The notes below the pieces were generated by a model. It was not told where the DNA came from. It saw nothing but the letters and a program-made list of their open reading frames with translations, and did no database searches. Made by a program: the position numbers and the translations under genes. 51,951 nucleotides of DNA from a bacterium (GTDB taxonomy: Bacteria; SZUA-182; DTGQ01): the NCBI GenBank assembly GCA_040752695.1, contig JBFMGO010000033.1, positions 1 to 51,951 of the forward strand, in the 5' to 3' direction. Shown here in pieces: positions 19,248 to 29,158 of the stretch (positions are counted from its first letter, which is position 1; every line of letters starts with the position of its first letter).

Positions 19248-20438
19248 ATGATCATAGAATCCAAAAACATAAACAAAACCCTTATGACCGGCAACGAGGC
19301 CATTGCCGAGGGAGCCATTCTGGCTGGCTGCCGTCATTACTTTGGCTATCCGATCACGCCGCAGAATGAAATTCCGGCCTACATGGCCAAGAGGATGCCG
19401 CAGGTTGGCGGATGCTTTCTGCAGGCTGAGAGTGAACTGGCTGCCATCAACATGGTTTTTGGTGCCTCTGCTGTAGGAGTGCGGAGTATGACCTCTTCTT
19501 CCAGCCCTGGAATCAGCCTCATGCAGGAGGGGATTTCCTACCTGGCAGGAGCGGAATTGCCTGCCGTCGTTGTAAACATCTGCCGGGGCGGTCCCGGCCT
19601 TGGTAATATTGCAGGCTCGCAGGGAGATTATTTTCAGGCCACCAGGGGAGGAGGACATGGGGATTACAGAACCATTGTCCTTGGCCCTGCTTCAGTGCAA
19701 GAGATGTATGACCTTGCCTTTCTGGCCTTTGATCTGGCCGACCTTTACCGGATTCCGGTGCTGGTTCTGGCTGACGGGGTTTTAGGGCAAATGATGGAGC
19801 CTATTGTCCTGGATGAACGCTGGAAGGCTAAAATGAGTTTGCCTAATTCAGCAGATGTATCGAATTCACCGGATGTACCGAACTTACCGGATGTACCGAA
19901 TTCAGCGGATACGCTGAATTCACAGAATATCCCGAACACACCGGATATCACGGACATCCCGGAAAAACCCTGGGCCTTGACTGGTGCCCGGAACCGTCCG
20001 CCGAGAGTGGTTAAGTCGCTCTATATGGCAGAGGGCGAGTTGGAAGCGCGAAACTGGCATCTGGCTCGAAAATACCAGAAAATTCAGTGTGATGAAGTAC
20101 GCTACGAAGAGTATCTGGTCGAAGATGCCAGGCTCCTTCTGGTCGCCTATGGTCTGTCCGCCAGAATCTGCAGGGCAGCGGTCAATATGGCCAGAAAGCG
20201 GGGCATTGCCCTGGGACTCTTTCGCCCCATTACTCTGTATCCTTTCCCTTCTGCCGCTCTGGCAGGCACAGCAGGCAGGATCGGCAAGGTTTTGGTTGTC
20301 GAAATGAATACCGGCCAGATGATTGAGGATGTAAGGCTGGCCGTAAATGGCTGCTGCCAGACCTTCTTCTATGGCCGGCCAGGTGGAGGAATCTTTTCGG
20401 ATAAAGAGATCCTTTATCAATGCCTGTGTATGATATAA
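19248..20438 (+). CDS. vorB: 2-oxoacid:ferredoxin oxidoreductase alpha subunit (VorB-like)
   Basis: GNEAIAEGA, FGYPITPQ.E, QAESE.AAINMV.GA, TSSSSPGISL.QE, RGGPGLG.I...QGDY and FRPITL.PFP motifs. Confidence 0.9.
   Translation: MIIESKNINKTLMTGNEAIAEGAILAGCRHYFGYPITPQNEIPAYMAKRMPQVGGCFLQAESELAAINMVFGASAVGVRSMTSSSSPGISLMQEGISYLAGAELPAVVVNICRGGPGLGNIAGSQGDYFQATRGGGHGDYRTIVLGPASVQEMYDLAFLAFDLADLYRIPVLVLADGVLGQMMEPIVLDERWKAKMSLPNSADVSNSPDVPNLPDVPNSADTLNSQNIPNTPDITDIPEKPWALTGARNRPPRVVKSLYMAEGELEARNWHLARKYQKIQCDEVRYEEYLVEDARLLLVAYGLSARICRAAVNMARKRGIALGLFRPITLYPFPSAALAGTAGRIGKVLVVEMNTGQMIEDVRLAVNGCCQTFFYGRPGGGIFSDKEILYQCLCMI
19845..19961 (+). repeat. In-frame 18-nt tandem repeat inserted in vorB (NSADVS/NSPDVP/NLPDVP/NSADTL...)
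   Basis: About 6 degenerate hexapeptide units, read directly. Confidence 0.8.
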
Positions 20439-20578
20439 GCTTTTATCAATGCCAATGCCGTTGATATGCCGTTGATATGATGGTATAGGATGTAAGCCTT
20501 TATCAGCGCTTTGAGTACGACGTAAGCCTTTATCAATAACGCCTGCCAATAATGCAGGCCTTTTTTTCTGAAGAAGGA

Positions 20579-21346
20579 ATGAGTTCGAAAAGGATCGAAT
20601 GTAATATGAACCAGGTTTTTGCCAGACCAAAGTCTCTCAAGGATGTTCCATTCCGGTATTGTCCTGGGTGCCATCATGGGATAGTGCACCGTCTGATTGC
20701 CGAAGCGATTGATTTTTTCGATATTCGCGAGAAAGTCATTGGCGTTGCGCCGGTGGGCTGTGCCGTATTTGCGCATGAATATTTTGATATCGATATGATC
20801 GAGGTTGCCCATGGCCGTCCTCCGGCAGCAGTGACCGGCATGAAACGTGCCAGACCGCAGAACATCATTTTCAGCTATCAGGGAGATGGTGATCTGGCTT
20901 CAATCGGTATGGCCGAGACTGTTCATGCGGCCAACCGGGGAGAAAATGTTACCTTTATTTTCATAAATAATGCCATTTACGGAATGACCGGGGGGCAGAT
21001 GGCACCCACGACCCTCACGGGGCAGGTAACCAAGACTACACCCCGGGGCCGTGATACCAGAACGGACGGCTTTCCGCTGCGGGTCTGCGAGCTTCTGGCA
21101 ACTCTGGACGGGGCAGCTTATATCGAGCGGGTAGCAGTCAATAGCCCCGTGAATATCAAAAAGGCCAGGCACGCTATCCGCAGGGCTTTCCAGATGCAGA
21201 TAGATAACCAGGGTTTCAGCCTGGTCGAAGTGCTCTCTGCCTGCCCAACCAATTGGAAAATGACGCCCCTCGAAGCGAATCAGTGGATTGAGGACAACAT
21301 GACCAGAGCCTTTCCCCTTGGAGTTTTCAAGGAAAGATCAAAGTAA
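20579..21346 (+). CDS. 2-oxoacid:ferredoxin oxidoreductase beta (TPP-binding) subunit; start 20552, 20579 or 20606
   Basis: YCPGC.HG, PVGC, HGR..A..TG, YQGDGDLA.IG, NNAIYGMTGGQMAPTT, CPTNW motifs. Confidence 0.9.
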   Translation: MSSKRIECNMNQVFARPKSLKDVPFRYCPGCHHGIVHRLIAEAIDFFDIREKVIGVAPVGCAVFAHEYFDIDMIEVAHGRPPAAVTGMKRARPQNIIFSYQGDGDLASIGMAETVHAANRGENVTFIFINNAIYGMTGGQMAPTTLTGQVTKTTPRGRDTRTDGFPLRVCELLATLDGAAYIERVAVNSPVNIKKARHAIRRAFQMQIDNQGFSLVEVLSACPTNWKMTPLEANQWIEDNMTRAFPLGVFKERSK

Positions 21347-21349
21347 CGT

Positions 21350-21940
21350 ATGGAAACAGAATCGACAGAACCGGAGGTGCGGATGGAAGAGGAGGAGAGG
21401 AAAATTTTTATTTCCGGCTCTGGTGGACAGGGCGTGCTCCTTTTGGGCAAGGTTTTAGCCACAGCAGGTATGCTTGATGGAAAAAATGTAACCTGGATTC
21501 CCTCTTATGGCGCAGAGATGCGAGGCGGGATTGTTGATTGCTCGGTTATCATTTCCTGTGAGGACATTGGCTCCCCGGTAGTGAAAGAGCCGAATATCCT
21601 GGTAGCCATGAATGGTCAGGCATTGGAAAAATATACCCCGATGGTGGTTGCCAAAGGATTAATTCTGGCCAATCGATCGCTTATTGAATCTCCTGCTCCA
21701 CGGAGTGACGTAGAGACGCTGCTTCTCCCTGCTCTGGAAATGGCCAGAGCTTTCCTGGGACATACCAGACTGGCGAATATGGTGATGTTGGGAGTTTTGT
21801 GCTCGAAAACAAAGATTGTTCCAAGGGAGAGAATCGAGGAGAGCATTCACTCTTTGATGCCTCACCATGATAAGGAGCTCATTTCCTTGAATGTACGTGC
21901 CTTGTATGCAGGAATCGAATATATCGATCGAATCTGTTGA
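21350..21940 (+). CDS. 2-oxoacid:ferredoxin oxidoreductase gamma subunit
   Basis: G.GGQGVL..G, W.PSYGAEMRGG and NMVMLG motifs. Confidence 0.9.
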   Translation: METESTEPEVRMEEEERKIFISGSGGQGVLLLGKVLATAGMLDGKNVTWIPSYGAEMRGGIVDCSVIISCEDIGSPVVKEPNILVAMNGQALEKYTPMVVAKGLILANRSLIESPAPRSDVETLLLPALEMARAFLGHTRLANMVMLGVLCSKTKIVPRERIEESIHSLMPHHDKELISLNVRALYAGIEYIDRIC

Positions 21941-21968
21941 TCGAATCCATCGAAGGAGAAAGTCGTAG

Positions 21969-22418
21969 ATGATCACGCGGCCCAAAGTAAACGAGGGGAA
22001 ATTGATTCAGAATCTGGTAAACCTCTATGCAGCCAATGGCCTGCTCATTCCCTTATCCCTGCACGAAATTTACGAGAGGATTCGGGAGTTTTTTGTCTAC
22101 AGGATCGAGGAGCAAATTGTCGGAGTTGCCTCTCTTCATGTCGTGTGGGAGGATCTGGCTGAACTTCGCTCCATGGCCGTTCATCCGGATTATCAGCACC
22201 GGGGTATCGGTAAAGCCCTGGGCCAGCGCTGCCTGGACGAGGCCAGGGAACTCTGTCTCAAGAAAGTCTTCCTCCTTACCTATAAGAAAGATTTTTTTCA
22301 GAAGGTAGGGTTTCAAGAAGTCGATAAATCAGAGCTCCCTCAAAAAGTCTGGTCAGATTGCATTAAGTGTGTAAAATTCCCTGATTGTGATGAAATTGCC
22401 ATGTCTCTGACGCTTTGA
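21969..22418 (+). CDS. GNAT N-acetyltransferase (short ArgA-like amino-acid acetyltransferase)
   Basis: WEDLAE+RS.AV.P.Y...G+G, F.LTY...FF...GF and LPQKVW.DC.KC.KFP.CDE motifs. Confidence 0.85.
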   Translation: MITRPKVNEGKLIQNLVNLYAANGLLIPLSLHEIYERIREFFVYRIEEQIVGVASLHVVWEDLAELRSMAVHPDYQHRGIGKALGQRCLDEARELCLKKVFLLTYKKDFFQKVGFQEVDKSELPQKVWSDCIKCVKFPDCDEIAMSLTL

Positions 22419-23009
22419 CGCTCTGAGGTTGTAACATTTTTGGGAATCTTTGATTCTTTTTTTCTTGAGGTCCCAATTATGTCTCCAGAATTATCCTTAT
22501 TAACCTGTTTTTCTTTGGACAAATTCTTTCACTTTCCTGGCTATCATAGAGGATTCTCTTGCCTCTTTAAGGCTTGGCTCAAGCCAGGAATCCGGATAAC
22601 GAATTCCCACTGCGTAATCAGTATTGAAATAGTTCCCTGTCACTTTTCTCCCTGTTAATTTTTTACAAAATCTAAATACTATATTAATTATAAATTAATA
22701 TAGTAAGTATATAATTATTAACATAAAATCAAACTTTGAAAATCAAGCCTTGAAGATTTGTCTAACGAGATTATGGCAAGATAATAGTAAGATATCAGAA
22801 CCTGGCTTGATTTCAGAATTAATCACTTTTTAAAGTGATTAGGTAGCTAGCACTACAACGGGACATTATCTAAAGCACCCCTCCCATAGGAGCCATCTGA
22901 AGAAATTCCATTTCATCTTTTATGCGGAGCTTCAGCATATGAGTGTGCTTTCTAGTTTATCATTTCTCCACGCTCCTTAAAACCTGGGAACATACCTGTT
23001 TTTTTTCAT

Positions 23010-23039
23010 TTGACATTAGTAACTTTCCTAAGTTATTAT
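23010..23039 (+). promoter_or_regulatory. Possible sigma70 promoter about 700 nt upstream of the first YGGL gene
   Basis: TTGACA-N18-TATTAT in an AT-rich intergenic region. Confidence 0.35.
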
Positions 23040-23737
23040 ATTATATATATCGCTACATAATCAGTCATATTATGCAGGTTTGAGTAATTGAGGTTTTCAA
23101 TATCTTCCGCCAAAAAAATGCACCGAAATTTAAAAGGAAATACTAAGGAGTGAGATTATAATCAGCCGATCGTAGGTGTCTATCATAGTTCTGCATAGGG
23201 TATTCTACGAGATTGTATTCTGGAGACCAATAGAGCCAGCGACCAGGGAGGGGGGAGGCAGAAACTCTTCCATGGTGCCGCTTCTATTGTTGTGCCTAAT
23301 CTTAACATATCTGATAATTCTCTTTCCCTCCACGACTTCTCATCCGGAGTCCTTTACTCGCACCTTAGTGTAAAATAATTCCGTAAGGTTTTGTAATCCG
23401 ATATCGCCAGTTTTTTAATAGAATTAGACCACCAAAACAGAGAATCATCAATAAGAGGCATTAATAATTTTCTTCTCAAATATTTTATTCTGCTAAATAT
23501 TTTGAAAGTATTTTACCCCGCGTTATCGTGTATCGATCCATAGCGTTTCTTATAGAGGGGAAAAGACAACAGAGCGGCTATTGGAAACCGCATTATATAG
23601 TCCCCAGGATCAATATACATACCCAATAAAGCATAAGGAGGTGATAATACACTTTATTCGAAAAAATTATCGTTTTGAGAACTTCTGATTCGAGATTTTA
23701 TAACGTATATTTTATCAATGAAGGGAGTATTAAGGGT

Positions 23738-24703
23738 ATGAGGTTTTTGAAAGAGAAAGGTGGTTTCATAGCGTTCCTGTTTTTAGTTGCATCGATAGCA
23801 TTGTATGGTGGAAATGTTCAGGCATATTATGGCAGCTATGGTATCGGCAGTATCGCGGGCAGCGGTTCCACACTGGGTAGCGTTTATTATAATGGTGGCC
23901 TGTACGGCGGCCTTTATGGCGGGTTATATGGTCTGTACGGCAGCAGCTTATATGGCGGCCTGTATGGTGGATTGTACGGTGGCCTGTACGGCAGCAGCTT
24001 ATATGGCGGCCTGTATGGTGGATTATACGGCGGCCTGTATGGCAGCAGCTTATATGGCGGCCTGTATGGTGGCCTGTACGGCGGCCTTTATGGCGGGTTA
24101 TATGGTCTGTACGGCAGCAGCTTATATGGCGGCCTGTATGGTGGATTGTACGGTGGCCTGTACGGCAGCAGCTTATATGGCGGCCTGTACGGTGGATTAT
24201 ACGGCGGCCTGTATGGCCTCGGCAGACTTGCTCTTGGTGAAGGCGTGGATCCACTGGCCAGGGAGGCTCAGGTGCTCCTTTCGGGATTATCCTTACTGCC
24301 TTCCTCTACCACTACTACTTCTTCTCTGGCTGCGCCCGTTGTTCCGGCCTTGCCAAACCCCACAGGGACCTGGAGCGGTACCTGGCTCAGCTACATTACC
24401 CTGAAAGGTGGCATTGCCAATTTTGTTCTTACCTATAACACCCTGACCCTGACTGTTTCCGGAACCGCCGGACTTTTGCTGAACAAACTGATTCCTATTC
24501 CCATTAATGTAGCCGGGTTGAACAGTGCCACAGGTTTTACCCTGAGTGGTACCTATTTTGATCCACTTAAGTTGAAGACCTATTATGCAGATTACACCTG
24601 CACTCTGGTCTCTCCAAGCTATCTCACGGGAACCTATTTAATCCACGATGCTCTTTATCTGGAAACTGATACTGGTAACTTTAACCTGAGTCTTGTTATC
24701 TAA
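23738..24703 (+). CDS. Secreted Gly/Tyr/Leu-rich (YGGL repeat) protein with a C-terminal beta-rich domain
   Basis: Signal peptide ending VQA, a long YGGL/YGSSL repeat tract and a C-terminal domain shared with the next gene; ATG 23738 matches the paralog start. Confidence 0.8.
   Translation: MRFLKEKGGFIAFLFLVASIALYGGNVQAYYGSYGIGSIAGSGSTLGSVYYNGGLYGGLYGGLYGLYGSSLYGGLYGGLYGGLYGSSLYGGLYGGLYGGLYGSSLYGGLYGGLYGGLYGGLYGLYGSSLYGGLYGGLYGGLYGSSLYGGLYGGLYGGLYGLGRLALGEGVDPLAREAQVLLSGLSLLPSSTTTTSSLAAPVVPALPNPTGTWSGTWLSYITLKGGIANFVLTYNTLTLTVSGTAGLLLNKLIPIPINVAGLNSATGFTLSGTYFDPLKLKTYYADYTCTLVSPSYLTGTYLIHDALYLETDTGNFNLSLVI
23894..24218 (+). repeat. YGGL-coding repeat tract containing a near-exact duplication with 174-nt period
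   Basis: The block starting at 23894 recurs at 24068. Confidence 0.85.
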
Positions 24704-25017
24704 GCCCTTTGGCCCCCTTGAGGGATGCTTTGTCTCAACAAGCAAGCAGAAGGAAAGGATGGTGGTTGATTGGCTGATATTGGTGGACAACACCTTAAGA
24801 TATCTTTCATGGCAATAATCGAAAAAATGTGTTTTATCCCAGGCTTGAATCACGAAGGAAAGTTATGCGTGAAAGATTCCAGCCTCAATAAGCCTTCTGC
24901 AAAAGGGCTTGGAAAGAGTTAAGAGACAGGTGAGCAGAGGCGTTTAGCGTTTTCCTAAAGGGTGGGGGCCAGGATGAGCCCCACCCCCTGCTTACCCGGA
25001 AAGGGAGGTATTTGATT

Positions 25018-25728
25018 ATGAGGTTCTTGAGAGTAAGTAAATTTTTCGTGGTTTCCTTATTTATCGTAGCATCTATGGCAATGTACAGTGCAAATGTACA
25101 GGCGTATTACGGCGGCTTTGGTGGCATTGCAGGCAGCAGTTTTGGTCTGGGCAATCCATATTACGGATCAGGCGGTCTCTATGGCGGTCTATACGGTTTA
25201 TATGGCGGTTTGTATGGCGGGGTAGACACCCTGTATGGCCCATACAGTCTCTCCAGCGGTATTGCCGGTCTGTATGGACTTGGTGGACTGGGCCTTATTG
25301 GAGGTGCCGGATTGGTTAGACAGGCTCAGGCACCGGTAGCTACGACTACAATTCCTGTTTTGCCGAATCCTACGGGAAGCTGGCTTGGTACCTGGGTAAG
25401 CTATATCAGCTTAAAGAGTGGTACAGCGAATTTCCAGCTTCTTTACACTCCTGGAACTTTAGTCATTTCCGGAACAGCAGGACTTCTGCTGAACAAGCTT
25501 GTCCCCATTCCCATTAATGTATCAGGCATTAATAGTGCCACAGGCTTTACCCTGGAGGGTACATACTTCAATCTGACTACCCTTACCAATTTAACGGTAA
25601 GCTATACCTGCACCCTGTCTACTCCAAGCTTTATCACGGGAACGTATCTCATTCACGATGCCCTGTATTTACAGACTGATACGGGAACGGTTGGTTTATC
25701 TCTGGCCAACCCTGTACCCATCATCTGA
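25018..25728 (+). CDS. Secreted YGGL-repeat protein, paralog of 23738-24703
   Basis: GGGAGG SD, MRFL...NVQA/YYG, shared [25 protein letters not shown]+PIPINV and [15 protein letters not shown]. Confidence 0.82.
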   Translation: MRFLRVSKFFVVSLFIVASMAMYSANVQAYYGGFGGIAGSSFGLGNPYYGSGGLYGGLYGLYGGLYGGVDTLYGPYSLSSGIAGLYGLGGLGLIGGAGLVRQAQAPVATTTIPVLPNPTGSWLGTWVSYISLKSGTANFQLLYTPGTLVISGTAGLLLNKLVPIPINVSGINSATGFTLEGTYFNLTTLTNLTVSYTCTLSTPSFITGTYLIHDALYLQTDTGTVGLSLANPVPII

Positions 25729-25784
25729 TGATAGCGTGCCACCCCTTGGATAGTGTTTCTCGCGAGTGGTGCTAACGATTCTAC

Positions 25785-25819
25785 ACCGGAGAACGAGGAG
25801 TATTCGTTCTCCGGTTTTT
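25785..25819 (+). terminator. Intrinsic terminator after the YGGL paralogs
   Basis: Perfect 12-bp stem ACCGGAGAACGA/TCGTTCTCCGGT followed by a T run. Confidence 0.7.
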
Positions 25820-25864
25820 CGTTTAACCAGATTGTTCGTCTAATCCGGTTTTTCGTTTAATCCG

Positions 25865-25978
25865 GTCGCTCATATATATGAAACATCATATCCCTTTTTT
25901 GTCATTCTAAGCCTTCGCTCAGAATGAGGGGATTGGATGCTTTTTTATCAGGTATGTTGCATTATAAGTATGAGTGAA
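25865..25978. mobile_element. MITE-like dispersed repeat, copy 1
   Basis: Ends TCGCTCATA...TATGAGTGAA and a central GTCATTC...GAATGA hairpin; co-linear with the reverse complement of 35331-35440. Confidence 0.65.
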
Positions 25979-26010
25979 TCAGGTTATAGGGTTCACTAGG
26001 CATGTTCCTC

Positions 26011-27897
26011 TCAGCGCCAGACATCCATGGATTTAAAAATCATGCCGTGCAAGGGGAGCAGCTTGGTGCAGAAGCTGTTTTGGTGGTGAAAGGCTGGCTG
26101 ATTCACTGCCTTATATTCATTGATCCAATTATGACCGTTCCCTCCGAATTCCTGAGCATCGCTGTCAATCACCTTATAATATCTGCCTGCAAAAGGAACT
26201 CCAAGGCGGAAGTTCTCGAAATACTCTCTGGAAAGATTAATCAGGTAGACCATAAATTCGCTGTAATTTTTATCATAACGGATAAAGGCAAGAATATTTT
26301 GCCGGTAGTTTTGGCATTCGATCCATTCGAATCCATTCGGAATATTATCACCTTCGTGCATGGCAGGAACAAACTTATAGACTTCGTTCAATCGTTTGAC
26401 AAACCATTGCATGGAGCGGTGCAGGTGGTCCCAGGTAGAGTCCCAGGACAGGGATTGCTTTTCATTCCATTCATTTTTTTGCCCGAATTCCTGCCCCATG
26501 AACAGGAGTTTTTTATGCGGATACCCGAATTGCAGAAGGTACATCAGACGGAGGTTGGCGAATTTTTCGAAATCGGTAAGATCCTCTGTTTTATTGACCA
26601 TAGTCCTTTTCATATGCACGACCTCGTCATGGCCGAGAGGGAGTACGAAATTTTCCGTATGGTGGTACAGCATGGGATAGGTGAGATCTCCATAGACATT
26701 GCTCCTTTGACTATAGGGACGCCGGAAGAATTTCATCATATGTGAAGTACACCCCAAATCCCATTTGTAGTCAAAGCCGTGCCCACCATGCTCTACAGGC
26801 CGGGTAACTCCGGAAGCAATGGTCGAGTCTTCAGCGATAAGCAGCGTTTCCGGATGTTCCTCCTTGATGGCCCAGTTCATCGACTGCATGAAGCGAAAAC
26901 CCTCCGGGTTGTGGCAGTTTCCGTATCTTTGTAAAAACTCCTTATACTTCACATCGGTGGAGAACTCGTAATAGTGGAATTGGCCTGCTGCGTCAAAACG
27001 AAAGCCGTCGATGTAAAATTCCTCGATCCAGTGAAACAGGCTGGAGATAAGATAACTTTTTACCTCGTTTCGAGCAAAATCAAAATAAAAGGTATCCCAG
27101 GCAGTCACTTTCCGCTCGGGAATCGGGCACTCGAACAGGTGATTATCATTGTCGTAATGAGCCAGTCCTGTCCCATCCTTGGGAAAATGAACCAGGACGA
27201 CGTCGATGATTACCCCGATGCCTGCCTGATGAAAAGCATCAATCAACTGTTTGAGTTCCGTAGGGGTTCCCATCCTGGAGGTGGGCGCATAAAATCCGAT
27301 CACCTGATACCCCCACGAGGGTATATAGGGATGTTCCAGAATGCCCATAAGCTCTACGTGAGTATACTCCATATATTTGACATAGGGGACCAGTTCATCG
27401 ATCAGTTCCAGGTAGCTGAGAGGCCGTCCATTCCGGTGCCGCCAGGACAGAGGATGCACTTCGAAGATATTCAAGGGACTGCTGAATTTATCACCCAGAG
27501 TTATCTTGGGATGTTTAAACTCGTAATAGGTTTCGGTCAAGATGGGTGTGCGGTTTTCATCGTTCTGGATGAACCGGGCAAATGGATCTGTCCGGAATTC
27601 CCACTTCCCGCCGGGCTTTTGGATGGCAAATTTATAAAAGATACCTTGCTGAACTCCGGGAATAAATCGCTCCCAAACCCCGGTATTTCCTCTTTTTTCC
27701 ATAGCGTGAGCATGGATATTCCAGTCATTGAAGCTGCCCACTACGGAGACCCGTTCTGCATTTGGTGCCCAGACAGCAAACCGAACCCCGCCTTCGATAA
27801 GATGAGCTCCAAGAAATGTATGAATCCTGCGGTGCTCTCCTATATTGAAAAGATAGAGATCAAGATCGGGAATAGAGTGAAGTTTACTTGAATCCAT
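26011..27897 (-). CDS. glgB: 1,4-alpha-glucan branching enzyme (GH13)
   Basis: FAVWAPNA..VSVVG.FN.W, SWGYQ..G.YAPTSR.G, DGFRFDA, IAEDST and LGHDEVVH catalytic regions. Confidence 0.93.
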   Translation of the reverse strand: MDSSKLHSIPDLDLYLFNIGEHRRIHTFLGAHLIEGGVRFAVWAPNAERVSVVGSFNDWNIHAHAMEKRGNTGVWERFIPGVQQGIFYKFAIQKPGGKWEFRTDPFARFIQNDENRTPILTETYYEFKHPKITLGDKFSSPLNIFEVHPLSWRHRNGRPLSYLELIDELVPYVKYMEYTHVELMGILEHPYIPSWGYQVIGFYAPTSRMGTPTELKQLIDAFHQAGIGVIIDVVLVHFPKDGTGLAHYDNDNHLFECPIPERKVTAWDTFYFDFARNEVKSYLISSLFHWIEEFYIDGFRFDAAGQFHYYEFSTDVKYKEFLQRYGNCHNPEGFRFMQSMNWAIKEEHPETLLIAEDSTIASGVTRPVEHGGHGFDYKWDLGCTSHMMKFFRRPYSQRSNVYGDLTYPMLYHHTENFVLPLGHDEVVHMKRTMVNKTEDLTDFEKFANLRLMYLLQFGYPHKKLLFMGQEFGQKNEWNEKQSLSWDSTWDHLHRSMQWFVKRLNEVYKFVPAMHEGDNIPNGFEWIECQNYRQNILAFIRYDKNYSEFMVYLINLSREYFENFRLGVPFAGRYYKVIDSDAQEFGGNGHNWINEYKAVNQPAFHHQNSFCTKLLPLHGMIFKSMDVWR

Positions 27898-28012
27898 CCG
27901 GTATTTCCCCCCCTGTTATTGAGGACAACATCGTTTTTTTTATCTGACTGCGAGATCTATAAGGTTTAAATGAGTAATAAGTGAGAAAAGGGTGAGTGAT
28001 ATCTTTTGCCTT

Positions 28013-28070
28013 CAATCAGAATGAACGCTTAATCAGAATGAACGCTTTAATCAGAATGAGCGCCTAATCA
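28013..28070. repeat. 17-18-nt tandem repeat (AATCAGAATGAACGCTT) x3
   Basis: Read directly; it runs into the stop codon of the 28064 ORF. Confidence 0.8.
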
Positions 28071-28774
28071 GGATGGACGCCGAGATTTTGGAAAAGGGTG
28101 ACCAGATCGCTCTGTAAAAGAGAATCCCCGGTGAGAAGCAGCATACATCTTTTGGCAAAGATATCATCTTCACTGATTTTTTTCATTAAAAATTTCCTGA
28201 CTACATCATCATTGATGGGTTTGGGAGCGTACAGGGCATCAACCTCGTCCTTTGTCCGATAAAGGTACATATCCTTTAGGGAAAGCTCGTCATCGAAAAT
28301 GGTTTCCCGGCTGACCCACTCCCAGTCAACTCTTTGAAACCACATACGTTCATCGCGGTAGACGGAATTGATGTTGATAGTGCAATCGTCCGTGACCCAA
28401 TGGAAGGTAAACGGATCATCATACATAGATCCCTGTACAGCGTTCGGTAAGGTGATATGGTTGCCGGAAAAGGTCCGGACATTGGCGAAAGCATTTTCCG
28501 TGGTTCTGTAGGCGATAGACAGTTTCAGGTAGAGGTTTTCCCTGGCATACTTATCCTTCTTGGGAAGGACATCCCGAAAGCACAGCGCTGCACCCGCATC
28601 CCAGATTTCAATCAAATCCTGTACAGGATCGTGATACCAGTTAGAGCCATAAATGGTTGCCTCTGAGGCCCGAACTGTCCCGGACAGGCCCAGGACATCG
28701 GTCTCAGGCCTGACCACCGGCCTGGGAATGACGGTTTTTTTAACCCTTGGGAAAAATTCCCTTTTTAACTCCAT
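28064..28774 (-). CDS. Hypothetical protein
   Basis: 236-aa ORF with a purine-rich SD-like region (AAGGAGG..AGGGG); no family recognised. Confidence 0.7.
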   Translation of the reverse strand: MELKREFFPRVKKTVIPRPVVRPETDVLGLSGTVRASEATIYGSNWYHDPVQDLIEIWDAGAALCFRDVLPKKDKYARENLYLKLSIAYRTTENAFANVRTFSGNHITLPNAVQGSMYDDPFTFHWVTDDCTININSVYRDERMWFQRVDWEWVSRETIFDDELSLKDMYLYRTKDEVDALYAPKPINDDVVRKFLMKKISEDDIFAKRCMLLLTGDSLLQSDLVTLFQNLGVHPD

Positions 28775-29083
28775 GAACTTACCCCTTTCCTCCTTGCATG
28801 AACATATTTCCAGGTTATTATTTTCTTAATTTGCTTCTAAGGTAAGGTATTTGGAATATATACTCGAAATATACATTTCGGATTTTTTCACAAAAAGTGT
28901 GGACAGAAAAACCGCTTCTTACGACCTGTAATGATCCTGTGCTTAGTGGTCAGGATTATCACCTTTCCTGAAATTTAATTTTGAAATATCAGTATATCAG
29001 AATTGAAACGAGAGGTAAAGAGGTATGAAGGAAATTTTTCATAAATTCTTGGAATTTTTCATAAACTCTTGGCCGGTGTGAAT

Positions 29084-29128
29084 AAAAAAGGGCAGGCCCT
29101 GAAATTCTGCCTGCCCCTTGTGCTTTTT
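29084..29128. terminator. Putative intrinsic terminator downstream of 29159-29686(-)
   Basis: Stem GGGCAGGC/GCCTGCCC flanked by an A6 run and a T run. Confidence 0.55.
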
Positions 29129-29158
29129 TACTGTAAACGAAGTCACTTTGGAGTATTA

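Noticed and set aside
22887..22980. Possible MITE with TAGGAGC...GCTCCT ends
   Set aside because: The inverted match is only about 6 bp, with no clear second copy.
23176..23373. 65-aa hydrophobic small ORF (type I toxin-like)
   Set aside because: GTG start without a convincing SD and no recognisable family; cannot be supported.
23766..24404. Repetitive alternative-frame ORFs (His/Cys-rich minus strand; MAACM plus strand)
   Set aside because: They are shadows of the YGGL repeat gene, whose frame is supported by a signal peptide and a paralog.
26002..27891. Long plus-strand ORFs of 247 and 305 aa
   Set aside because: Antisense shadows of glgB with no recognisable motifs.
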